DNA of 64,000 nt from Eledone cirrhosa (lineage: Eukaryota): the NCBI GenBank assembly GCA_964016885.1, contig OZ024751.1, positions 18,414,001-18,478,000 on the forward strand. The letters are read 5' to 3'. Position 1 is the stretch's first letter. The number at the start of each line of letters is the position of its first letter. The notes below the pieces were generated by a model that had not been told where the DNA came from, searched no databases, and saw nothing but the letters and a program-made list of their open reading frames with translations. This document shows, piece by piece, positions 15,433 through 27,921 of the stretch. Made by a program: the position numbers and the translations under genes.

Positions 15433-15737
15433 TTACACATACATACATTTACACATACATAAAATCTACTAAGTATATGTGGAAGATTGTTCCTGTCTGC
15501 TTGTATTCAGTTTATTTACTATCCTTCATTGTTGATGGTAGTAATAAAGGACAGTGAACCAGCGTAGAGCAAACATTCAAGAAGTTATAAAAGAAACACA
15601 AAACTAAAGCCTTGTAATGTACCTCAACGAACTGTACTGGGCAAAGATGGCTGCAGTGATAGCAGATTGCTTACGATGAATGAAGAGGTTATAGAGAGCG
15701 TTACCTATTGTATCGAAATACATAAAGAAATGAATAC

Positions 15738-15808
<71 letters not shown>

Positions 15809-15820
15809 TGTATGTGTGTG

Positions 15821-15868
<48 letters not shown>

Positions 15869-15887
15869 TATATATTCATATATATTC

Positions 15888-15924
<37 letters not shown>

Positions 15925-15943
15925 GTAATAATAATAAATTTGA

Positions 15944-15990
15944 AGATATATAGATAGACAAAAGACTGGAGAGGGACACGCATGCACTTA

Positions 15991-16054
<64 letters not shown>

Positions 16055-16122
16055 TGAGTGCCTGCGTGTCCCTCTCTAGCCTTTTGTCTATCTATATATC
16101 TCCGTTCTATCGTTCTATAATG
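15944..16122. repeat. Inverted repeat (about 50-bp arms) around a (TA)n spacer, with a short tail
   Basis: gatagacaaaagactggagagggacacgca is mirrored by tgcgtgtccctctctagccttttgtctatc. Confidence 0.75.
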
Positions 16123-16331
16123 TATATATATATATATTTATATGTGTGAATGTGTGTGTGTGTGTGTGAGTGTCCCTGTCTGTCACTGTGTGTATGTGTG
16201 CGTCCATCTTTCTGTGTTCATGTCCAGTAACTTGGTGTCTCAAGAAATAAGTTTTCGATAAAATAGGTACAGCAAATACATCGAAAAGATGTTTTAATAA
16301 ATAAAGACTAACTATATAAATAAATAAATAT

Positions 16332-16403
<72 letters not shown>

Positions 16404-16923
16404 ATTGAGATAAGCGGAGCTATATATATATATATATATTATATATCTTCTCTTTCTACTGTCCTGTTTTTGGCAGTCAGCAGTTCAAAGTAATACCTGG
16501 ACGTGTGATACCTTCATCAGCGAACAATAAAGTAATACGGAAGTGGATATTATAGCTTTTACCTATCTTAGTGTAGAAAGCTGTGAGATACGGTTATATA
16601 CCTGGAAAAACCTAAAAAACACAAAGGCGATTAAATTGCTTTGTTAAAAACTTTACAGGACTACTTGAATTTCTCAATATGACAACGAAATTAAGAGTTA
16701 AAAGTAACATAGCGAAATCGTCTTAATTATAGGGATAAAAACATCGCCATTATAAGGAAACATTTCTTTTGTTGAAGTATGTTATATAAAAGCTCAATAA
16801 AAGTTTTTTAAATATGTATGTATGCATAAGATCTCTCTCCCCTCTCTCTCTCTATATATATATATATATGTTTATATATATATATTTGTGTGTGTGTGTA
16901 TATATATATATATATTTGTGATT

Positions 16924-16980
<57 letters not shown>

Positions 16981-17019
16981 TTATAATTATATACATGTAT
17001 ACATGTATACATGCATATA

Positions 17020-17075
<56 letters not shown>

Positions 17076-17486
17076 CATAGCCACATACACGTATACATAC
17101 ATATGTAAATACATATATATATACGTCTATATCTGTATATGGGTGTAGACCGTGTGAACAAAGAATATGTGTGTGTATATATCTATATATATTAATCCTA
17201 ACGTAACATTTATCGCTGACATATTGGATATTTTTGACCCCTTACTACAGCACTTACTCGCTATATAATCCAGTTAGAGCCTTTTTTATATTAAGGGGAT
17301 TAATGTTAACTATAGCAATATCGATCCAACTAGATCCAGCTTTCAATACAGAGATATGATTACATTACTCCATTGATATGTTGTTTACCACGGAGCTATC
17401 ATTGTGGTTGACTGGGCCGCCATGTTGGCGACCAGCAACACACTTCATACGGAGATGCTTCCACATGGGCTTGACATGTGTAAGGC

Positions 17487-17525
<39 letters not shown>

Positions 17526-17526
17526 G

Positions 17527-17559
<33 letters not shown>

Positions 17560-17823
17560 TATTTCTTTTATTTGCCACTAGGGCATCAAAAGTGGGACAA
17601 GTACAAAGGGGGGAGTTTACACAAAAAGGCGTCCTCAATAAGGAGGAGGCAATAACAAAATATAAAAATAAAATAAGATATAACAAAAAATAACATTTTT
17701 AACAAAATCCTCAATAGAGAGGAGGCGCCTTGGGGGGTCGCACACACCCCCGAAAAAAGTGTGCAACCCTTCTCCTCAGGAGCACAGAGAAGGGGTGCTC
17801 CCTTGGTCTTTCATCTTCCTCAC

Positions 17824-20800
17824 CTATAGTCTGATGTAGAGTGAAGGCCCATTCACACGGGCCATTCTCGCCACTTTCACCCATCTTTCATAGAAACGGC
17901 TGGGGTGCAGCACCTCTCTCTCCATCCTGATCCTTCTTCCGAAATGATATCGGAAGAAACGGACCAGTTGTTGGCCAGAGAGAAAGGTGCCCGACCTCAG
18001 TCCTTTCAGACGCGTCCACCATACAACCTCTTTCGCCATGGCTATTACGCACAGAAACACCGCCTCTGCTTCATCTTTGAAGGGGGGAGGCGGCTTGATC
18101 ATTACAATAGACTCGGTGGTCAACCGGATCGGTCCCACCCTTGACAGCAGTTGTTCGACATAGCCCCACAGATCGGCTACGCCCGAGCAGTGTACTAATG
18201 CGTGTGCAACGGTTTCCTCGTCGCACACGCATCTGGGACAGATCTTTTTGGCGGGGTCCCTACCCGGGCGCCCGTGTCTGTAGAGCCTTTCTCGAACGGG
18301 TAAAGCCCCTCGGTAGCACTGCCAGGCCAGGGACTTCTGGAAGTTGTCCATAGGTCCCGGGCTGAATGTCCTACCGAAAAGGCTGGCCAGTTCGTCCTCC
18401 TCCATGTCTAGGGCTTCTCCGAGGGCGTCGTCGCACCTGCTGCGTACCAGCCCTCTATAGAATGTTGCGGTGGAGTCTCCACTGATAACCGGATCCGCCT
18501 GCCAGAGGGCGGTGAGCGCCTGGGCACACTCAGTGTGCCAGGCGCCCAGTTTTCTCGGTCTTTGCTTGACCCAGGATTGCAGCTCGGTGAGTGAGACGAG
18601 TCTGGGAAAGGTTCGTCTCACAAACGAGGCCCACACCGGTTGTCCGGTGAGGAATACGTAGAGGTGCCGTAGCCTTAATGCGTGTTTACGCATCATTAGC
18701 CACGGCATCCCCAGCCCTCCTTTCGAAGGGTGTTGACAGCAGATGGATCTCCTCACCATAGGAGCCCGCCTCTTCCAAAGGAATTGGAAGAGCGCGCGCT
18801 CCATCTTGGTGAGGGTTTCCCTTGGGCAGGGCACTACGGTCAGGCGGTAGTAGATGACGGACGCTATGTAGGTGTTCGCCACCTCCGCCCGACCTTTCAG
18901 GGATAGTTTGCAACTGGCCCACTTCTGGGTCAGTGCAAACACTCTGTTCGTAACCTCCGCCCAGTTTTTCTCCACCTGGAGGTCCGGTCCGAACCAGACC
19001 CCGAGCAACTTCACCGGGCCCTCCGTCCAGCGTCCGACGACGCTATCGGAGGGCATCGGTCTGCCCCTCCACGTGCCGAGTTGCAAACCGATCGACTTGT
19101 CCCGGTTCAGCTTAGCCCCTGTGAACTTTTCGTACTCCTCCAGTAAGGTGCCGACCGCCTCGATTTCGGAGGCCGTCGACACCATTACTGTCACGTCATC
19201 GGCGTAGGCCGACACCGCTTTCCGCAATCCCGGTTCCAAAGGGATGCCCTGCAACAACTCCAACTTCCGCAGTAGTGGCTCGAGAGTCAATACATACAGA
19301 AGGGAGGAGAGAGGGCACCCTTGTCGGATGGACCGCGCGATTTTGAACGGCTCCGAGAGGTAGCCGTTCACCTTGACCCTAGAGCAGATGCGGCTGCTGT
19401 GCATAGCAGTGATCCAGCCCCTGAAAACGGCTCCGAAGCCTGCCGCCGCTAGCACCGCATCCAGGTAACCATGGTCGACCCTATCGAACGCCTTAGATTG
19501 ATCCAAGTTGATCAGAGCCCCACCAAAGCCGGGTTCGTTCCCAACCCTCTCTATGATGTATCGCATGAGGTGGAGGTTGTCATGGATGGACCTGGACGGG
19601 ATAGCGCATGTCTGCGCATCTCCCACCAGGTTGCCCACGACAAGCGCCAACCTCTTTGCTAGCACCTTGGCCAAAATCTGTAACTCTGTATTTAGCAGTG
19701 TTATGGGCCTGAAGTTACTTATTTCGTCCCCCTTGTTCTCGTCCTTCCTCACTAGCGTGACTACGCCCTTGGTCACAGTACAGGGAATTCTCCCGTTCTG
19801 TTGCCAGTTGCAGTAGACCGCCTCGAGGAGATCGGGGAACAAGTCCGGCATAGCTAGATATAATTCGTAAGGAAGACCATCGAGACCCGGGGATTTGCGT
19901 TTGCCGCATTGGCTCAGCACGTCCTCTATCTCAGCGGCCGAAATCGGCTCCTCGCAGGACTTCGCCTCCCTGTCCGAGAGGCGCGGCAGGCCGTCGAGGT
20001 ATGGACCGAAGTCCACGTTCCCAACCGGCTCCCCGCCCCTCCCGAACAGTCGGGCAAAGTGCCTTTGAAAGGCCTCACACATCTGCTTAGGCTCAAGAAT
20101 CGCCCGTCCATCCAGGTCTCGCAAAGACCGGATGGTGGATTTAGTTCCACTGTTGGCCTCTGTCACGCGGGCCCAGCTAACAGCTTTGGTCCCCTCGTTC
20201 CCTAGAGCACGTATTTTACTTCGGACAACGCAGCCTTCGTGCTTCGCGTCGAAAAACTGGCTCAAAGCCGTTCTCGACGCTAGCACTCTGGCCACGTCGC
20301 CGCTTCTAATTGCCTCTTCTACTCTATCTATTAGCTCCCTTTCCTTCCTATTCCTATCCGCAGCTAGAACCTTACTAAATTCTATCGAGACTACTCTAAT
20401 CTCTCTCTTTAGAGATACCCACCACCTGCTGTTGACGATCGCTCCAGTCAACCGTTCCTTAACTAACGTACTAATCCGATTCCTGTAGGCTCTACTTGCC
20501 GGCAAGGACAAGTTGAGCTTCCAGTAACCGGGGCCCTGTCTATGAGTTCTGTCAAGGTTGACCATGCAGGTCACTAATTTGTGGTCTGAATAGCCAACAA
20601 TGCGCATTTTTGGACAACTTAAAAAGTCCTTATCCTTAATTCTAACTAAGAACCTATCTAGGTACGACCTAGATGATCCGCTACGATTTGCCCAAGTCCA
20701 GGTTGGCGCAGTCGGAAAATCTAGTCGATATCTATCGGCCAGGTCAAATCGACCGATTAACCCTTTGAGGCTATTACACCCCTCTCTATCGGGGCAGGCC

Positions 20801-21261
20801 CCTACGTAGTCCCAGCGTGCATCTAGGATACCATTCCAGTCCCCCACTAATAGCAAGGAGCGGGACGTCCCTAGAAAAGTTTCCAGACGATGGAAGAAGT
20901 CCGGCCGCATTGACCCGAAAGGGCCGTAGGCGGCTACCAACCTAAACGCTCCGCCTTTACCACTGCCAAGGTCCAGAACCACTAGTCGACCCTCCGGGTC
21001 CAAATGTACCATCTGTGTTGCGAGACCCAGATGTTTTTGCAGCAGAACGACAACTCCACCCCCACCTCCAGGCTGACAGAGAGATGCGTGCATCTCAAAG
21101 TCATCAAAGGTGGGGGCCAGCTGTCGCACGCTGCTGATCCGGGCCTCGCAAATAACCATCACATCTATACGTTGTGACCTGAGGTCATTTAGAAGCATTG
21201 CTTGCTTCCAAGTTGAGCCCAGGCCACGCGCATTTAAACAGCCTACTCTTAGCATAGCCAT
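17824..21261 (-). CDS. LINE ORF2p: APE endonuclease, reverse transcriptase and C-terminal zinc finger
   Basis: CLNARGL, GDWN, YLDR and SDH (APE); KSPGLDG, FRPITLLN, DQSKAFD, IRQGCPLS and YADD (RT); CPRC..ETVAHALVHC. First ATG at 21261. Confidence 0.96.
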   Translation of the reverse strand: MAMLRVGCLNARGLGSTWKQAMLLNDLRSQRIDVMVICEARISSVRQLAPTFDDFEMHASLCQPGGGGGVVVLLQKHLGLATQMVHLDPEGRLVVLDLGSGKGGAFRLVAAYGPFGSMRPDFFHRLETFLGTSRSLLLVGDWNGILDARWDYVGACPDREGCNSLKGLIGRFDLADRYRLDFPTAPTWTWANRSGSSRSYLDRFLVRIKDKDFLSCPKMRIVGYSDHKLVTCMVNLDRTHRQGPGYWKLNLSLPASRAYRNRISTLVKERLTGAIVNSRWWVSLKREIRVVSIEFSKVLAADRNRKERELIDRVEEAIRSGDVARVLASRTALSQFFDAKHEGCVVRSKIRALGNEGTKAVSWARVTEANSGTKSTIRSLRDLDGRAILEPKQMCEAFQRHFARLFGRGGEPVGNVDFGPYLDGLPRLSDREAKSCEEPISAAEIEDVLSQCGKRKSPGLDGLPYELYLAMPDLFPDLLEAVYCNWQQNGRIPCTVTKGVVTLVRKDENKGDEISNFRPITLLNTELQILAKVLAKRLALVVGNLVGDAQTCAIPSRSIHDNLHLMRYIIERVGNEPGFGGALINLDQSKAFDRVDHGYLDAVLAAAGFGAVFRGWITAMHSSRICSRVKVNGYLSEPFKIARSIRQGCPLSSLLYVLTLEPLLRKLELLQGIPLEPGLRKAVSAYADDVTVMVSTASEIEAVGTLLEEYEKFTGAKLNRDKSIGLQLGTWRGRPMPSDSVVGRWTEGPVKLLGVWFGPDLQVEKNWAEVTNRVFALTQKWASCKLSLKGRAEVANTYIASVIYYRLTVVPCPRETLTKMERALFQFLWKRRAPMVRRSICCQHPSKGGLGMPWLMMRKHALRLRHLYVFLTGQPVWASFVRRTFPRLVSLTELQSWVKQRPRKLGAWHTECAQALTALWQADPVISGDSTATFYRGLVRSRCDDALGEALDMEEDELASLFGRTFSPGPMDNFQKSLAWQCYRGALPVRERLYRHGRPGRDPAKKICPRCVCDEETVAHALVHCSGVADLWGYVEQLLSRVGPIRLTTESIVMIKPPPPFKDEAEAVFLCVIAMAKEVVWWTRLKGLRSGTFLSGQQLVRFFRYHFGRRIRMEREVLHPSRFYERWVKVARMARVNGPSLYIRL

Positions 21262-21285
21262 GTTGGTGGTGAAGAGAAAAGGCAC

Positions 21286-23067
21286 TTACCTCTCTGCGTC
21301 CCGGGTATCGGGCTGCACAATTTCCATTAGGGTGGGGGATGGGTTGTTGGGTGGGGTGGTGGTTTGTGGAAGTGTGGGGGCATCAGTGTGTTGTGTGGTT
21401 GGGGAGCTTGGAGTTGTGAGGGTGTTTGGGGAGGGGGTGGGATAGTTTTTTAGGAGGACTCGGTTAATGGGCCCGACGCAGGGGGGACCCACGTCCTCTT
21501 TAAAATTGTTTTTTAAAGTTTTATAGGTGTCCTGTGGGGCCTTAATCATTTTGAGGTGGGGGAAATCCCCTGCCTGGGTGAAGTTAGGCCCTTGTGTTTT
21601 TATTAGATTGTTGTTGTACACAATGTTTAACAGTTTTTTGTTTCTTGTATTTATGTATGTGTATGCATGTTTTTGTTTTTGTGTGGTGTTTTTTGTTTGC
21701 TGTTGTGAGCTCTTTTGTGTTGGTGTCAGTGTTATGTTTTGGGGAGGGGTTTTTTTCATTTGTGTGTCTGAGGTGTGTTTTCTTTTTTTTCTTTTGATTG
21801 TGTGGAAGTGCTCCTCCTCGTCTGACGACGAACTAGGGTCATCTTCCGCGTTGGAGGGGAGGGGTATATTTTCGGGTTGTGTTTGCGGTACGGGTGTTTT
21901 GGAAATTGTTTTTGTTTTTTGAGTGGAGGGGATGGGTTGGACATTGTTTTGTTTTGGTTTGAGCTGTGGTGGTTGTTTTTGTAGTGGTTGTTGTGGTGAT
22001 TGTGTTGGTTGTGCAGTTGTTGGTGGTGTAGGCAGGATTGGGGTTTTCTTATTAAGTTGGGGACAGACAGCCCTCAGGTGACCTCTGGTTCCGCAGAGGT
22101 AACACGAGGGCCGTCTACCCTCAACGGTAATGTTGATGAAGGTTAGATCATCCAGTATGACGCGTTCAGGGATCTGGGCGATCCTTTCGGGCCTCATTTG
22201 AACTACAAGTTCGAGGCTCGTTCCACTGAACGCGTCACCCGATGCCTTTCCCATGGACACCAGCATGTCATCCTCCAGGTCCAGAAAACCTGTCAAAACC
22301 CACCATATGTCCATAATCGGCAGGATGGTGTGGATTTTTATTTTTTGTGTTCTTCTACCCATGTACGTAGGGTAGAAGGTGTATGCGGTGGATGTGATTG
22401 GTTTGATGGACAGTTTCACTGCTGTGTCCCTGTCCTTCATGAGAATGGATAGACTCCCGTAGAGTCTATCCTTCTGAATGAAGGTGATGTCCTTCATGAC
22501 GTCTTTTAAAACCAGCTCTATCTCGCTCTGTGATGGTTGAGCTGGTTTTTTACTTTTGTTCGAGATTGTCCTAAACATGACCGTGTTTAGGAGTCTCTGG
22601 CTTTTTAGTTCCGGGGGGGAATGGATTGTGAATGAACCATTTTCCCCGTACACTATATATTTTTTCGCATCCGCCAGTAGCTCCTTCGCTTTTGTTATAT
22701 CTACTGGCAGATAGTCGAGGGTTTTCCTTGTCGTCTCGGCGAAGGAGAAATTTTGTTTGTTTGTGTTGTTGTTGTCGTTGGTGGTGTTGTTGTTATCATT
22801 GTTGTTGTTGTCACCGTTATTGGTCTTGTTGTTGTTATTGTTATTGTTATTGGTGTTGTTTTCTACCGTCGCATTGTTGTTGTTGTTGCTGTTGGTTCTT
22901 TGGGTTGTTGCCATGGTAACGTCAAGTTGTCGGTTAACAGGTGGAGAGAATTCTTCCTCTGGCTGACCTATCTTCTTGACCTCTGCTACTGTGACAGTGG
23001 CAGGGGGAAGCTGTAAGTTCATCTTCCCCTTTCCTCCTTCGAATTTTGGTGAAGAAGCTTCGGCCAT
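21286..23067 (-). CDS. LINE ORF1p, 593 aa, nucleic-acid binding protein with a CCHC knuckle
   Basis: CYLCGTRGHLRAVC (CX2CX4HX4C), an Asn-rich N-terminal tract and a disordered Pro/Gln/Thr-rich C-terminus. Directly upstream of ORF2. Confidence 0.9.
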   Translation of the reverse strand: MAEASSPKFEGGKGKMNLQLPPATVTVAEVKKIGQPEEEFSPPVNRQLDVTMATTQRTNSNNNNNATVENNTNNNNNNNNKTNNGDNNNNDNNNTTNDNNNTNKQNFSFAETTRKTLDYLPVDITKAKELLADAKKYIVYGENGSFTIHSPPELKSQRLLNTVMFRTISNKSKKPAQPSQSEIELVLKDVMKDITFIQKDRLYGSLSILMKDRDTAVKLSIKPITSTAYTFYPTYMGRRTQKIKIHTILPIMDIWWVLTGFLDLEDDMLVSMGKASGDAFSGTSLELVVQMRPERIAQIPERVILDDLTFINITVEGRRPSCYLCGTRGHLRAVCPQLNKKTPILPTPPTTAQPTQSPQQPLQKQPPQLKPKQNNVQPIPSTQKTKTISKTPVPQTQPENIPLPSNAEDDPSSSSDEEEHFHTIKRKKRKHTSDTQMKKTPPQNITLTPTQKSSQQQTKNTTQKQKHAYTYINTRNKKLLNIVYNNNLIKTQGPNFTQAGDFPHLKMIKAPQDTYKTLKNNFKEDVGPPCVGPINRVLLKNYPTPSPNTLTTPSSPTTQHTDAPTLPQTTTPPNNPSPTLMEIVQPDTRDAER

Positions 23068-23280
23068 TTAAAAAAATATTGACTTTTCAACAAGAAAAAA
23101 CTTTTTTTTTAACTATTTCGCCTAAAGGCGTAGAATATTTTGAGAGACTGACCAGATCAAAGTTTGACCTGGCAGTCCCTCTACAAAATGGTACAAAATT
23201 TAAAGTTATCAGACAAGAATTTCTATAGAAATTTAAACAGAACTTACTCAGCAAGTTATACGCGTGTGTCCATCCCAGAT

Positions 23281-23348
<68 letters not shown>

Positions 23349-23513
23349 CTGCATCTTCACATGCATTTAGTACTCCCATGTCACTGCATCGTAGATCCCC
23401 CACTCTTTTTGTGCGTATATATATATAAATACGCACCATATTATATATATATATTATATAAATATTATATATATATTATATATATATATTATATATATAT
23501 TATATATATATAT

Positions 23514-23544
<31 letters not shown>

Positions 23545-23749
23545 ATATATATTCTTATATATTTGATATATATTTTCCTTATCGAGCCCTCTTTGGATTT
23601 TAGTCTTCAATTTTATTATTATTACTATAAATTATATATATATATTATATTTATATTATATATATATTATATATATATTATATATATATATTATATATAT
23701 ATATATTATATATATATATATTATATATATATTATATATATATACATAG

Positions 23750-23783
<34 letters not shown>

Positions 23784-23985
23784 TAAAAGGAAAAGAAAAT
23801 GCTGACAAATTGTTCCGAGTGAAAAATAGTTTAATTAGGAATAAGTAAAACTTAGTAATAAGTATTGGTTAGAATTCAGTTTTAGTTTTAAGTTTTTACC
23901 GGTTGCGCATTTCTAATGCTTTTCAAAAATAATTTTGAGATAGAGCGCCCGTGATGTTTGCTCTAATCTGATTATATATATATAT

Positions 23986-24163
23986 AACGAAGGAAATGTG
24001 GTAAGGAACCAGGTGGACCATAACGCACCAAAGTACTCAATACTTGAGGTAGTAGAGTGGGTAATAGGAACCAGTAAGACCCCGACAGCTGAGCTCAAGC
24101 CGTATCGACGGCTAATTCTGCCGTCGAAACGGCTTGAGCTCAGCTGTCGGGGTCTTACTGGTT

Positions 24164-24167
<4 letters not shown>
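23986..24167 (-). mobile_element. Foldback cassette family B, copy 1
   Basis: A tail of about 78 bp plus a hairpin with about 48-bp arms; TA flanks. Confidence 0.85.
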
Positions 24168-24212
<45 letters not shown>

Positions 24213-24741
24213 ATCATTGTATATAAATTTGTGTATACCAAAGAGAAAGAGGAGGAAATATAGTGTGTTTGTGTGAATGTATGTGTGTAAGTGTGTGTGT
24301 GTGTGTGTGAATATATATGTATGTATGTGTGTAAGTGTGTGTACACCCAGCTGTTGAACGTCTGTCTCTATTTAAAGACGTTATACACTGATCTCTAAAC
24401 AGCCTCTCAGGTCACCTGTCTCTCTTAATCACTTTCCTGACTACACATACACACACACATACATACACACACACAGACAGAAAGACACACACACATACAA
24501 ACACAAACAGACTTACACAAACACACATACTCACACAAACAGACACACTCACACACACACACAGACAGACTCACACATATACATACGTACACACATATGC
24601 GTTCACGCCACTCTCGCGTATGATACAAGTGTGTGTATGTGTATAAATATATATATAAATACATATATATACCTATAATATGTATATATACATATATATA
24701 CGCACACACATATATATATATAACTATTATTTGTTACCCCG

Positions 24742-24784
<43 letters not shown>

Positions 24785-24868
24785 TTCTTTGTGTGCATAT
24801 ATATAATTATGTATGTATATATATATATAAATATGTATATATATATATGTGTGTGTGTGCTTGTGTAA

Positions 24869-24906
<38 letters not shown>

Positions 24907-25032
24907 GTGTGTGTGAGTGTTTGTGTGTAAATATATAGACACACACCTGTTCATCATATTTGCTTGTTCTGCTTTCAGATCATTGAGCCAGTTACACCTA
25001 CTCTCACCAACACACACACACACTCACACACG

Positions 25033-25095
<63 letters not shown>

Positions 25096-25332
25096 ACACA
25101 GACATACACACATTCTCTTTGTCTTTGTCGCTCTATCTGTCTTTCCTCTCGCTCACTCTTTCAGTCTCAATACGTCGAGTATATACAAACATAGTTCAAC
25201 TTCCTCGCAATTTCAAAATTGAAACTCCCTTCAGAGTTATTCAGATCATCAGAAGGAAGCAAAGACAAAACTCATGCGAGCTGTGTTGATCGAATCATCT
25301 CTCCTTCTCTCTCTCGCTCTCTCTGCATGTAT

Positions 25333-25378
<46 letters not shown>

Positions 25379-25500
25379 AAAAAAGACGGTTTCGTTTGTT
25401 CATTCTTATTTATTCTGTTATACGTATTTCAAAGAATTAAGAAAAAGTCAGCAGATTTTCAATCAACCAACTTTCTTCAATTGAATATGTATACTTTATT

Positions 25501-25538
<38 letters not shown>

Positions 25539-25540
<2 letters not shown>

Positions 25541-25642
25541 GTAGAACACTGGAGGGTAATATCCGTAGTAGTAGAGCACTCTGTCCATGGGACCAGTTTA
25601 GTAGAAGTAGTTTCACAGCTAACTGTTGTGAAACTACTTCTA
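25539..25642 (-). mobile_element. Foldback cassette family D, short copy
   Basis: Same tail as 26120-26187, with a short hairpin tagaagtagtttcaca..tgtgaaactacttcta. Confidence 0.8.
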
Positions 25643-25971
25643 TATATATAGAGAGAGATATATAATACAATGTACAGTGTAAATGTGTAAATAATAATCA
25701 AAGAATGTTTCGTTAGTTATAACATTTTTGAAAAATTATACACACTTTGGTTATTTACATTGTATTTCGGCTCTGTATTTTGTAATATACATCCAGCTAT
25801 ATGCATACTTGTAACTGGGTAATATTTAATATTACTCACTATATATACATATATACATATATATATAGCTCCGAAGTAAACAGACTCACCTGCGCACTTC
25901 GTTGAGTGCTCTATCCTGCATACTGATGTGTCGGTAAGCAACCAACACACACACACACATATATATATATA

Positions 25972-26294
<323 letters not shown>

Positions 26295-26426
26295 TATATA
26301 TAAGCAGAAGGGATATTCAATTTGTTGGTAATTCAATATAACTGATTCAGAGCACTCCACAGATTTCCTGGAGTATAATATTCAATGATATTAAATAAAT
26401 GGAAACTATATTTATAATACCATATT

Positions 26427-26487
26427 TATTCTATTATATATATTTCAAGGGTACCAAAACTTTGGTACGCTTTCATCAGATAAAATA
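26427..26487 (-). ncRNA. Minimal hammerhead ribozyme (family A)
   Basis: TATTTTAT-CTGATGA-AAGCGTACCA..TGGTACCCTT-GAAA-TATATA-TA^ATAGAATA. Confidence 0.8.
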
Positions 26488-26620
26488 CGAAGTGTGTTTT
26501 ATAAATGTTTACGTAACCAAGGAAAATACCTTAACGGTTCAAGTTTTCCTTGTGTGTATATATATATATATATATATATTTATAGAGGGAGAGAGAGAAA
26601 GATTGAGAGAGAGATTGAGA

Positions 26621-26699
<79 letters not shown>

Positions 26700-26955
26700 G
26701 TAGTTAGTTCACTATACCGAGAACAATTGCTTCACCTTATTCTGATCCTCAGCTTCGGATCCCGAGTGCTCTACTACTATGGTATAATCCACCGAGTCCG
26801 GGAACTATTAGAGGCACCCGTTTTACGTGTGTTGTATTGAAGCGAATAACTATGTATATACTCTGGTGATGTATCTTACATTCCCCATGGAGTACGTTGA
26901 GATACAACCTGTCCTGGCATTGATAAATATGCTGGGTCCGTCAACTTATTATTAT

Positions 26956-27029
<74 letters not shown>

Positions 27030-27059
27030 AGTACAAAAGATGGTTAAAAGAGTTCCATG

Positions 27060-27130
27060 TATTTTATTATGCGCATTTCAAAAACAAATATCATCATGCA
27101 ATAATATTTGTGTTTTCATCAGATAAAACA
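27060..27130 (-). ncRNA. Minimal hammerhead ribozyme
   Basis: TGTTTTAT-CTGATGA-AAACACAAATATTA..TGATATTTGTTTTT-GAAA-TGCGCA-TA^ATAAAATA. Confidence 0.82.
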
Positions 27131-27655
27131 GGAAGACATGATATGAAGGTTAAAAAACACTTGTGGATAGTTCAGTTTTAAATCAACTTATATATTATGT
27201 ATACTCCAGTCCTACAAACTGTAGAGTGCTTCTTATCCGATATCTGCATTGCTTTATTGTACTACAATAAAACTCACATCCTACATATATATATATATAT
27301 ATATATATAAAAATTTGAGTGTGTGTGTTTGTGTGTCTGTGAACGTATGTATATATTCTGTACATTTTAGAATATAAGCACTGGGCATGTTTCAATCATA
27401 TTCGACCTCCTCAACGTATCACATATACTGACCAAGTTGACTATGTGTATATGATGAGATTCTTTTCAGCCAAGGAGAGAATCGCATTTTATTTTCAGGA
27501 ATAGTGTATCTAGGATTACATTACTCAACGTGATATTGTGTGTAGTTTGAGGGACTTTTACCTGCTACGTCTGGTCGGATGAGCATCCATACATGGCACC
27601 TTACTCATTTATGCGGATAAGTAGATAACTGGTCTGTTAAAACAATAAGAAAGAT

Positions 27656-27744
<89 letters not shown>

Positions 27745-27859
27745 CATATATATATATATATACATATATATATTTATATTTATATATATATATATAGAGA
27801 GAGAGAGAGATAGATAGATACATATAGATATATATACAGAGACAGAGAGAGAGAAAGAA

Positions 27860-27921
<62 letters not shown>

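Larger units (their letters stand above)
17560..23280 (-). mobile_element. Full-length intact Tx1/L1-clade LINE between (GATA)n arrays
   Basis: 5' UTR of about 210 bp, ORF1, ORF2, and a 3' UTR with AATAAA followed by (TATC)n. GATA arrays at 17487-17558 and 23281-23348. Confidence 0.95.

Noticed and set aside
17905-23016. Plus-strand ORFs inside the Tx1 element
   Set aside because: They are antisense shadows of GC-rich or low-complexity coding sequence with no recognisable motifs.
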